This document shows, piece after piece, positions 53,301-61,600 of a stretch of DNA of 64,000 bases. A program made the translations under genes and the position numbers. The stretch lies in the NCBI GenBank assembly GCA_965644315.1, contig CBFFRQ010000089.1, forward strand, positions 744,001-808,000, written 5' to 3'. The notes under the pieces were generated by a model. It had not been told where the DNA came from. It was given only the letters and a program-made list of their open reading frames with translations, and ran no database searches. Source of the DNA: Caecitellus pseudoparvulus (taxonomy: Eukaryota; Protista; Bigyra: Bicosoecida). Each line of letters begins with the position of its first letter. Position 1 is the stretch's first letter.

Positions 53301-53462
53301 AGTTCGGGTCGGGGCGATGGAAGGGGGAAATAATTCAACGCTACCCGCGGTCTTGAGAAGCAGGATCACAACTGCTGCGCTCAGCGTCGCAGGCCAAGGC
53401 TGACGTGAGCTCGTGGCTGATTGGTGCTGCACTGCACCTCGCTTTTGCTGAGCGGGTTTCAT
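44316..53462 (-). CDS. Giant (3048 aa) receptor-like protein, copy 2; inverted paralog of copy 1
   Basis: Same domain order as copy 1. It has its own signal region (MKPAQQ...LSAAVVILLLKTAGS) and its own C-terminal tail. The ORF is uninterrupted. Confidence 0.88.
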   Translation of the reverse strand: MKPAQQKRGAVQHQSATSSRQPWPATLSAAVVILLLKTAGSVELFPPSIAPTRTIAVSYSALPSTGPRSVVRAASGTLNVSGASSPLHTALSGAALSVQREWLRWDFNVSLDTSTPSPPTALPPLPPGAAFAHHSAWVAGGTVEWEGHSASLPALNTSTVYGASMQNFSLGAAGLLGALDHGEGGMQARLAEAGNVMARFEMSWNGFSMEPSMQVSHLRVWRGGQWVHVHGPTVCTGVVVGHPLFNASLFEEFTPEVGPEHPGTFSVPVHPLRVTVHCDAAAMFLSTVEQRLLTHWAREWPYPPVLNLHSVRLHSLAPWVEGVGGLGAVPAEPSAWPALEREGAAERASMGIPLRTNSAGVVQLSMGNEHMCALLQGGAVRCWGEGGATVAVGYGAGRLGQGNTDDLGGTESMLDIPDIALPGPAVWVQAGLFSTCAMLVGNRLHCWGDNSEGQLGLSHMQPVGASPAYMPADAEVPLPAGDIAVKIGLAATTTCMLTSVGEVKCWGSTAQGGYGLGPSGTGFQIGGSPGLTASQARPAVLGAAALDIGAGFGHFCALLTEGRVICWGYAGSLASFSGGEGQLGYGQTAFGAFSLPFMGMMETPASLGPVPIGAYAVSLSVGGFHNCIINTEGRVRCWGANGQGALGGQSAGRLGIGVYPPGASDFSDANVGDDEPASAAPFIELPAPAVKVACGHMHSCILLVTGEAVCIGGNNLGVKAWGFHTAVPAWNRVNTAANELNVDTNFRMGPIPLPGRVADVHAGYINAAFDLEGGGFQVSGTAGFGIHGNGNTGTSLGDNEWLSHTPFLAGPPDPTSGHLPSQSAYISNLRLKPSTRDQVAKVRMGHSFGCALTTWGGVKCWGRPRFGLLGFKPEDFLPTGSTYGDDELPWDSVGLNVPDGAVDVVPGKESVCILFDPVAFAGIVAFPQQASHNVVCWGRNTRKNLGTQTPYGTAEAPFAPPGTALFAYLPNNWLGFTAPLAKLAGHWRHYCGIDIEGYVICWGQNDKGQCGHSAGSDLPVHAAQRRRLLGGAGAVDICTGEFHSCAILADGKGSVQCWGFNNMGQVGIPISEIRANSSIEPFCSSSSNCTWSIDQGNALNVSVQLNGDVPVSIGCGHSHTCVVFADGGVQCWGSNALWNVYDANPENAVSILEAANLGLAGAANMSLTGPQGLNFTIPAHVGDDEHPSSMPRLQLSGAALAVDGTDRHTCALLEGGRVQCWGEGFFGALGLESKALIGDDEHPADAGPARVAATFQQISAGKRVTCGVTASHHMRCWGALHPDEQLSYALASIRPGDDDADNAVLQGIGDRRFQRWMRAPANVQLDLSSYLKPVGFHPDLYLVGSVAQWRSVAQVRSCPSPLCTVQDLVALPPWMLFTMEGAAEVTLPDAPAAAMADPQRDVCWTYFGRNFRSLTETVCDATTWCARAGAGCGPSSSRGQLHDWKKTCLWPAGQGGLPPLSISSFVPSANLLTSPTIPSTGERMSLKGAFWPVFMLSNIEPVLRIELGDGGTECRLESGLTVSHDLIECVAPSVPALDVSQGLTVKLEHNIPVLSSPVVNPAVRAVYAKPTLGRVSPANGISNAGQVVELVGDNFGGRTPQNLVNTTDVLVAPVGNATDCSGFPQALANATVTVLPVLPSPESSNRRVLASLPPGQQRLCVAVQVSGQISEWENLGYATPQLNRVEPAAFLRPDAPDRAFANFTFIGSNLAELGFVLNGKVENAPCRPAARISIREVACQNVDLFHAFPASGISGVVFVSAMLEVLIGDSKSVTSLSRATSGVNSIRVSSVSGFPVPLVGGEITIYASGLTRHEGTIAADTRRHGNESDIEAVTLGDGVPCSDIRTQGGQLWCTVPPGTGSLSPVYIRRLSSGSATFTQSQMRYADPEPSAVQSPSISAAGNETLSIVGLHFGSRDAPHIVRVRVGDAECAGVEVVSSTLARCRTPSLAEAGVTAEAVVSVQSLSGNWTALTQPVVYLTPTVLAVEGGAMLWGAQRLLHTFSIVGLYLGNTELLVDGVSDVGAGVGVMRFTVGSSGAGLSCREAGGRLTLEERDSRQRYSCVDMDVSRLPRPADGTTVEVSVAVESNDGVVVPVGAGSASLMGTPVVRSLIPRTGAAGAPVTVQGAGFGVSAGDVLGVTVGGHPAPSVEWTASSSLTFVLPDLNTTDPVALSGLRVSVLMRSGAESVGEGADGDVFNYAIPPQPPRVAPQLLCVRRDITGATRVAFGWDDDDVSRLVGVSAWVVEVGPWGGGSEARPQTLVYAAEPGAAAAVTQLQALDVECYVGAWPAPSVNRTAVAAAVAARSPDGSYQRLVEITIPGLSAAPLSVRVRGSSDISSRQQDGPASRAAGPVFERCGTDAFLATHEIVEGRTSQAVCRSCPVGAVCGGLPWEGMRAARGYFRVPWGESGLTFSPCRSDAACPGEPPVVPLQAVWLGASRRRALGAGANSSQDLCLDAGCLGQRSEAQAVPVEFLGSMVAVPEELGQHSANSTVSSGSAGQEQCAVGHTGVLCETCAVGYGKVGSDEVCTQCRGGQAAAVALLVAVVVLVAAVCGFLAWSSLSQAKANEGTAIQKIGLNHMQQVALMGSFALQWPDPFLWLMDFFDTASSGSTGFFSMDCVRPDSSTLDTSGLSTFQLKTLMVFLLPFIVLALAGCVLGIAVLVRQVRLARARQFGVVFLFVTLFMLYTSFIRAAMQLFACEDVGGEAYLSADVSVPCRGTEAWRFGVGVPTLLLFGAAAPVGAAWMLSRRRSKLYTSDWHKATLGFLYMGYTEETFWYESAVLLRKAVLAAVLILTTPMGLLWQVSGALMVLVFCSVLTARRLPYRSEVSNHLEIASLVLSIVTLAGGVMLYDIDQQSSPSGPNVAPSSAIAISVVLTALNCLFFAVVVWTVLRARAAALVELAEQSDKPVARFLRRASSRLRSLSSRTLVGAPLRRGQGKSAPVASKAAPKSASVLKAAPAKQPPPTSVLHPQSKATLPVLGSGGGQESQPKAHISPLDTYQIQNPLGRQLGGAATVGQDRQAPTPRRSMRRQSRVRKQSQGSKLGV
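45039..48110 (-). repeat. Inverted repeat block B, right arm
   Basis: Reverse complement of 40334-43405. Confidence 0.95.
51940..53294 (-). repeat. Inverted repeat block A, right arm
   Basis: Reverse complement of 35177-36531. Confidence 0.9.
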
Positions 53463-54115
53463 GGCGATGGGGTGAGCCGACTGAAGCGTCCAAGGTGCCA
53501 AAGCGGGGAGAAATAATGCTTATGACTTCCACTGAGTCACTGCGTTCGTTTGGAGGTGACGAAGGCCCTTGGCGCGTTTCTACGGTGCTTGAGAACCACC
53601 TTTCCGCGTCGAGCTGCTTACGCTGATTGCACACCTCTTGCGGAGCGCGGTTGGGGATGCAAAACTGACTGCTTGCAAACCGAAAATCTCCATTTCCAGA
53701 GAAGTTGCTATGGTTTGTGAGAGAATTGGCCCAGGCTTGGCATTGACACGGCTGTGGAGAATTGATGGTCGGCACGTGTTGGGATCGAGACACTCGCACA
53801 TGACTGCACAAGGATTACACTTACCCACAAATCAAGAAAAGAAGAACACCTATTTCAGTATTGCACTGCTGCTTCTTTGTGTGGAGCTCGTACCTGTTCA
53901 GCGCCTTCCACTTGGCACACTTGGCCTGGCGTGTGCTGCGTCAGCGTTTCTTTGGCGTTTCACTCGATTTGGCTGGCTATCGGTTTCCTACCATACTGCA
54001 CCAGAAAAGAACCTCCATCACGAAGTACGGCGGTGGAAGGTGACTTGATACGAGTTTCGGGTCGTTTTGATGCTTGGTCGCCAGAGAGGGGCCCCTTTTC
54101 TTGGTACCAGATCAC

Positions 54116-57100
54116 ATGGCTGCGGCTGCCGAGATCGGAGCCAGCACAGCACGAAGCACGCTGCCAGGAGGCAAGGCTAGTGGGCGAATTCTTTTAGGTC
54201 GAAATGTAGGGCTCCGATCCCCCGTTCGGAAGAAGGGCAGGTCGGTTCCGGAGGTGTCCAGTGTGTACTCGCGCCAGGGACGCCTGCAGATGCATTTGAT
54301 CGGTACCCTGGCTCACCGCCTTCGCAGGCATGCCCAGGGAGGCACTGGAGCGCCTGCTTCGGCAGCGAGGCATGGACCCAACGTCCCCTCTGATCTCGTC
54401 TGAAATCGTTGCGTGCCTGGACCCTGGCGGGGACGAAGTGACCATTCCCACCTGGAACGAGGAGCACATTCTGACCAAGGTGCGCTTGCAGGGTTGCTCA
54501 ACTGGACAGCCCCGCCGCTTGAGCTGAACCTCGGCTTGACATGCCTGCATCCTTCACAGGCAGTGCAAGACCGCCTTGCCGTCCCTGACTGGCAGGCATT
54601 TCGGCGCACCATCATCTCAATGTTCGAGAACGTGCGGCGGGAAGTTACAGGGGGCGCCAAGGCTGATTACATCCCCGTGTTGGCTTGTGAGTAGGTCGGC
54701 TGTGTCCACACGAAGGGACCGTGTGCTGTTGTCGAGCAGAGTGGGCAGTCGGACTGCTCGGCTCCCTGTCACGTGGCCCCCCCGCTCGCCTTGCGCAGCT
54801 GCGGATGCGGGCCGATTCGGTATCAGCGTATGCACGGTGGACGGGCAGCGTCTGGACTACGGCGATTGGGCCGCGGAGTTCTCCATTCAGTCCTGCATCA
54901 AGCCATTTGTATATGCATTCGGAATCGAGGAGAACGGGTTGGCCAAGGTGCAGGAGCACGTCGGCATTGAGCCGTCAGGCTTGGCATTCAACGAGGTGTC
55001 TTTGAACGCCGACGAACGGCCACACAATCCCATGGTGAACGCAGGCGCCATGGCAACGATCAGCCTGATTGGCCGCGGCCTGGAGCCTGCCGACGCCTTT
55101 CGGTCGTTCATGGAGAAGTTGACGGCTGTTGCTGGCGGGGAGAGCCCCGGGTTTTCGCAGGTGACGTACTTGTCTGAAATCGAGACGGCTTGGCGCAACA
55201 ACGCGCTGCTGTACTACATGGAGCAGCACGGTGTCTTTCCCCATGATGTGAATCCCGACGATGTGTTGGACATGTACATTCAGGCGTGTGCGGTGGAGGT
55301 GGACACGCACCGGTCCAGTACGATGGCGGCCACCCTGGCCAATGGAGGGGTGTGCCCCATCACCGCAGTCAAGTGCATGAGCCCAACCACGGTCAAGGCA
55401 GCTTTGACGCTCATGTTCTCATGTGGCATGTATGATTACTCGGGCCACTGGATGACCAACGTGGGCGTGCCTGCCAAGTCGGGCGTGGCTGGTCTCGTGT
55501 ACATCGTCGTCCCCAACGTCATGGGCATCGCGGTGTACTCCCCTCCATTGGACGCGCATGGAAACTCCGTGCGAGGGGTTGCCTTTTTCGAGCGCCTGAT
55601 GGCCAAGTTCAACTATGGGCTGTTTGACAAGTTTGTGGCGGATGGGCTCGCGGGATTTGACTCCCTGCCTCTCTGTCGCTCACTGCTGGACTGCGGGGCG
55701 CACACTGTAGGGGAGTCACAGCGTTGGCTGCCAGGCCTCACGGGTGGGCATGCTGTCATGACGCAGGGCAAGCCGGCGAGCAAGGGCAGTCCGACCACCC
55801 CACCTCGCAGCCAAGCAGGGCCTGCCCCTGCTTCTCAGGGCGGTGCATCGTCGTTTGACGTTGCTGTGGCTCGGGCGGCAGGACCTGCCGAGTCACCCGG
55901 CGTGCTGGGAGTCGGGCATTCCAGCGTTCGCACCGGGGCCACCGACCCCGCACAGACCACGCATGTGGCGGCCATTGCCCACCGAGCAGCGTTCTACACA
56001 ATTCTGCATCGACTGTGGGTCGTGTACAGGCACTGCCAAGACTTGTGGCGGTGGGAGCCAGACAGCCACATTCACCGGGCTGGCTGCGAAATCGCCAAGC
56101 AAGTGGCAGCTGCCAGCGCGAAGCGCACGAGGGACGCGACAGTCGGTGGCAGCGGACTCGCAGCAGTGTCACACCTGCGTTCACCCTCTGTCCCGCCCTC
56201 TGGTGCCGCATCGGGTGGTGGTAAGGCGGCCACTCCGGAACACCGCCGCAGGCTGGACAGCGAGGACGAGCAGGGCCCCGAAGCATTTGCGGAAGTCTTC
56301 GTCGGTGGCGAGGAGGGGGACGCGGGGGAGGCAGGGATTCCTGGCAGTGGGGCTGAAGACGCGTCCACCGGCACGGGAAGTGACAGTATCGAGGAGGGTG
56401 GTGCGCTGTCCTGGGGTGCGGTGCAGCGTTTCGGCCCGGGACAGGATGGCGTGGTGCGCTGCATTCCTCTGACACGCATGGGGGCACTCCTGGCAGCGTC
56501 AGGCATCATGGCCACTTGCAAGGGCCATGTCGTCGCGTTCAACTTGCTTGTGGACGTGCACGTTGCGAGTGGTGCGGCAGGTGTCATCGAGCTGCCAGCG
56601 TTAATCCGAGCAGGTGGTGGAGGCCCGAACATTCTCTTGTCTACCCTCCTGCACCACCTGGCCATGCCGCAGTTCTCCCTCTTCACCAGCACGCTGCGTG
56701 GCTTGGCGACCTCCTCGGCTCGCATGGTGGATGCCATGGCAGGTAAAGCGCCGCGGAGGGGCCACGTTGACGGAACCCGAGCTCTTGAGCCAGGTGCTGC
56801 TCGCGCGGGGGGCAGGCCACAAGGCGGCGGAGCGGCACAAGCAGATGCGGGGGCTGGCACTGGTGTTGAAGGCGGTGACGACGCGAGTGTGCATGGGTCT
56901 GTGCAGGGCAGTGTCGGCTTGGGTGGCGCTGGCGGAGAAGTGGGTCAGCATGCCACACGGACGGGCGTGGCGCAGCCCCATTCTGGGCGGCCCATCCGAA
57001 CTGCAGACGACGTGCTGGCAGTGCTGAGCTCGTTGAACCCCCACTTCCATCGACAGTTCGCCGTGTCGGTGTGCACTGTGGACGGGCAGCAGTACACGTT

Positions 57101-58454
57101 TGGCGCCGCACCCCAGGACACGCGAGCAAGGGTTCCCCTAATGGAGACTGTGAAGCCTCTACTGTACGCGTTGGCCCTTCATGATGCAGGTCACGAGGCA
57201 GTGCATGAGTGGGTGGATATTGAGCCCACAAGCAGTGGCACAGATTCGTTCCAGCTCCTCAAGGCGAGCGGTGAAGTGGTGGGACCTTCGCCACCTCGAC
57301 AGCGCCCACACAACCCATTCACGCTGTCAGGTGCTTTGGCAGTGTGTTCTACGATCGGCAGGGCACACCTAGATCGCCAGCACCGCGTGTTCAAGGACTC
57401 TGGCGGCCGCTTTGACCACGTTCGGAACACTATCTCGGCGTGGGCGGGGGGCGCCAAGGTGGGCTTCAACAACCCCATGTTCTTGGCCCTCAAGCGCAGG
57501 GCACTGCGGGCGGTGGCCCTCAGTCACTACTTGAAGGGCATGGGGTGCTACCCCGCCCGCACCATGCCTGATGATAACGCTCTGCTGTACTACCAGGCCA
57601 TGAGCGTGGAGCTGAGTGTGGCGCAGCTGGCGGTGATTGCGGGGACGCTGGCCAACACCGGCGTCTGCCCCCTGACACAGGAAGCCTGCTTGCACCCAGG
57701 CACCATCAAGAGTGTGCTGTCTCTCATGTACGCCTGCGGCATGAATGCGTACGGCGGCAAATGGTGCTTCAACATCGGCGTGCCAGCCACCACCGGCTCG
57801 TCTGGCTGCCTCATGATGGTCATGCCGGGCGTGATGGGGCTGGTGGTGCAGCACCGGGAGCTGAACGCGCACTGTGTCCCACTGCGTGGTTTGGTGTTGG
57901 CCACGCTGCTCACCGCCCGCTTCCGTCTGAACCTGTTTGACCAGTTGGTGTACGGCGACGAAGACATCGCACTGTCCGCGGCGCGCCGTGAAACGCACAA
58001 GACCAGCTTGGACGTCTCCCCCACTGTGCTCTTCTTTGAGCTGTGCGCTGCCTGTGCCCTGGGAGACGTCGGCAAGGTGAAGGTGCTGTTGCGGTGGGGC
58101 GCGCCGCTGAGTCAAGGTGGGTATGACGGCCGCACGCCCCTGCACATCGCGTGCGCTGAAGGACATGCCGGTGTGGCGGACTTGCTCATCTTGCGGGGTG
58201 CGCCTGTGGATGCCGCGGACCGCTGGGGCGTCACGCCGCTGGAAGATGCCCAACGCAGCGGCATGCGCGGCATTGTGCGGCTCATGCAGCAGGCGCTGCG
58301 GGGAGAGCTCACGCTGCGCACTCCGAAGAGTGTAGCACCGGGCACACCTGGGGGCGTGCCCGGTGGCAAATGGCCCTCCATGTCCCAGTTGCGTGCGCTG
58401 CCCGAGTCCACACCAGATGCATCAGAGGTGGCAACCAGTCAAGAGCGAGGTTAG
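54116..58454 (+). CDS. GLS: Glutaminase with tandem-duplicated unit (intact domain plus degenerate domain) and C-terminal ankyrin repeats; 4 exons
   Basis: Introns 54261-54327, 54480-54559 and 54687-54798 give ...LAVPDWQAF..GGAKADYIPVLA|SADAGRFGISVCTVDGQR..FSIQSCIKP..HVGIEPSG..HNPMVNAGA..CGMYDYSG..PAKSGVAG..SPPLDAHGNSVRG. A second copy runs ~56450-57950, followed by ankyrin motifs YDGRTPLHIACAEG and DRWGVTPLEDA. Confidence 0.92.
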
Positions 58455-58656
58455 AGGGTGGCCGCAATGCACGGAGTGTGCTGGCATGGCGGCCATCGGA
58501 CACATTCCACACAAACCCCACACACCCAACCTTCTGCCACACGCCCCTGCGTCGTGTGGCTCTGCTGCCTCGAGCTGCCGAGGTTGAGCAGGACTGGGTG
58601 CTGGTGCGCGTCTGTTCAAAATCCGCATTCCGCAGGCGGGCTTCCCTTGCCGAGCC

Positions 58657-61600
58657 ATGGCGCAGGCATCTGACGCAGCTGCGAAGGACAAGTATGTCGC
58701 AAGGGTGAATGCGTACCTCAGTGACTCGTCAGACTCCATTGACAGTGCGCGGTTCGGCGCGCCGTCAGACTTGGCCGACTTTCTGGACGCCGGGCATGTG
58801 TACCGCGACAGCGACAAGGAGAGCTCGACAGCTCCCTGGCCGTCCCAGGTGAGTGATGGTGGAGGGATTGGATAGCGCCTGGTACATTTTCATAGTTTCC
58901 ATGGGGGGGTCTGCGTCTGTGCGCCTCTCCGGCTGCATGCTCCCGGCTGGCTGAGTGGCGTCGGTTGGAGCGCGGAAATACAGCGCAAGCCGCTGCGCGC
59001 TCCACACCTGACGGCGCTAGTCGCCCCTCCTGCACTGCAGCTCTGTGCGCGTAGTGAAACATGTGTGCTGTGTATCCATTCTGGCCGCCCTGCTCCCCAC
59101 GCATTGTCCCCCCCGCCTCATTCTCTCTTCCTTGCTGCCTGGCTCAGGTGGAGGTCACATCCAGCCAGCCGCTGCCTCAGGCGGTGCAGCACCTGATCGC
59201 CGAGCCTGAGATTGTGCTGCAGCAAGGCCTGCTGGCCGAGATTCACCGCGCCTGGGCAGTGCGCGACAACAGGCTGGTGGTGTGGGGCCTGCACGACACG
59301 ACAGACGTCAGCGTGCATGAGGAGGAGCAGGTCATTCGCAGTCTGGCCCTGGTCATGCCCCGCCCCGGCGTCTTCAGCCGTGACGTGCGGTATCTGTTGG
59401 TCCTGGCCACGCCAGTGCTGGTGCGCATCCTGGCGGTGTCGTTTGAGCCTGTGGAGGGGGGCTCAGGGCCCTTTGCTGGGCGCCTGGTGCTGACACCCAC
59501 CATGTCCACGGGAACCGACGGCAACCGCATCAACGCCATCGCCGGTACAGCCCACGGGCGCGTCTTCCTTGCCGGCGACTCGGGCGTCTTGCAGGAGCTG
59601 GTGTATGACTCCGAGCGCAGCCACGCCGGGTCCTTGTCAGGGGCCATGGGTCTGCGCAAGCGCCTCCGCACCTGCGAACACCCAGTCGGCGCCCTGGCCT
59701 CTGTCATGTACGCGGTGGTGGGGGACTTGCTCGGCACGCCTGAGCGCCTCGTGGCGCTGGCTGTGGACCACTACCGCGGCATGCTGTGGGCTGCCGATGC
59801 AGTGGGCGGCATCACCCTCTGGTCTCTGGGCCGGGAGGGGGATACGCTGTCGCATGTGGACAGCCTCCGGGACCCCAACGCCGCCTGCCTGGCGCGCCTG
59901 CAGGCCGGATCCGGGTGGCTGGGCTCCGGCAGTGGGCGGGTGCTGGTGGGCCGCTCCACGCCCTTCACCGGCCTGCACGTCATCCCCCCTTGCGTCAGCA
60001 ACCGCACACACCTCGTGGCTGTCACCGCCTCCGGTGGCCGCGCATTCTTCACCAGCTGCGCGTCGGGTCTGGCAGAGGCCAGGGCCAGCAAGGGCCTCTC
60101 CCGCGACGGCCGTGCGCGGGTGGCCAGCGGCATCGTCGTGCTGCGTTTCGCGCCGCCACCGGCGTCCATGTCGGCGTCCAGCGAGCAGGGCGGGGGGGCC
60201 TCCTCTGACGCGCCGTCGGTGTTTGTGGGCGAGTCCGACTTCGCCGACGGCGTGACCTTGCTGGCTGGCGCCATGGGGGACGGCGGCAGCGACACGCTGG
60301 TCGCCACGTCAGTGTGCCCAGAGAGCCTCCGGGCTCGGTCCGGGCACCGGTCCGTGCTGGGCGGCAGCAGCCAGGGCGTTCTGGAGGAGACACGCACCCT
60401 GAGCGCCGTGCAGGGCAAGGTGTATGCGATCCAGGCCCAGCCGACACTGAGCGTGGTGGAGGGGGGGCATTTCTCACGCGCTGGGGCGCTGGCCGTGGAG
60501 GGGGGGGACGCCGTGGCGCTGCCCCCTTCGTCCACGGCGCTGGTGGCGGCACAGGGCCTCGCCGGCACCGCCGCGGACCTGACCTCCTCCCTCTCCACAC
60601 CCCTGGAGGCCATCGGGGGCCTCATGGCGTCTGTGTTGGGCGGCACCAAGCGGCCTCGCCCCGTCGCGCCAACCACGTCCTTTGGCCAAGAAATGTCGGC
60701 ACGCCTGGGCCCTGGCACTGCGAGCACCCTGTCTGCCCTGCCACACGGCACGCAGCTGGCGTACCTGGCCGCCCTACGGCGCCTGGGTGCCGGCAACATG
60801 CTGGTGAAGGACCACATCGTGCGCATGGTGCAGGTGCTCTCAACATACGCCAACCAGGTGCACCCTGGGCGAGTGCGGCGGTGGTACGTCCTCACGCACG
60901 CCGGCGTGCACACCATCACGCACTTCCGGCCGGTGGACCAGGTGGCTGCCTTGCTCCTCGCGGTGCGGGAGGACCTCACCGCCTCCTCGCACACCAAGAC
61001 CCTCCTGGACCGCCACGGCGAGGTGGAGCTGTGTGCCGCTGTCGCCGCCGCGGCAGCCTCTGGCTCCGAGGCAGTGCTGCCCCACCCCTCCCGCTCTGTG
61101 CACGCCATCTCCCGGGATGAACAGCTGTCCGCAGCCCTAGCTCAGTACGCTGTGGGGGCGCTGCAGCGTCTGGGCGGCACAGCAGCGCTGGCTGGCGGCG
61201 CAGGCGCCGGACTCAAGTACTCCAACAAGCTGCGCGGGATCCACCTGCACATTCGGCGCCTGCTGGGGGCTGTGTGGACCGCACCCATCCTCACCGTCAC
61301 CAACAAGCACCTGCTCACTGGCTCAGGCGCTGCCGGCTCAGGCGGCGAGCTGTCCCCCGAACAGCGCAAGACAGTCGAGGCGTCGGCGCGGTGGAGCGAG
61401 GCGGAGGTCCAGGCCATCATCAACGGCCTGGAGTCTGCCCGTGCCCTGCTGGGCCGCATCTTCGGAGAGCGCGTCCTGACCACGCCCACGCAGCACCTCG
61501 TCGCAGACGCCCAGTACCACGCCGCCGCGCAGGGGGTGTGGGGCGGCACAGACGCCGCTGCCCGCACGCAAGCCCTCAACGCCGCGGAGAGCGCCGCTGC

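Noticed and set aside
53463-54115. AT-richer 650-bp stretch with short ORFs between receptor copy 2 and glutaminase
   Set aside because: Looks like a divergent promoter region. No convincing coding motif, tRNA or snoRNA boxes were found.
3118-58454. Possible metabolic gene cluster (acetyl-CoA transporter, amino-acid/polyamine permease, TDO2, glutaminase)
   Set aside because: The genes are scattered among unrelated housekeeping genes and share no single pathway.
58930-59030. TPP-riboswitch-like fragments (CTGAG, GAAATAC, CACCTGA) and a tRNA A-box-like TGGCTGAGTGG
   Set aside because: Spacing is wrong, and the GGATAATGCC/P5 element and a B-box are missing. Kept only as an unidentified structure.
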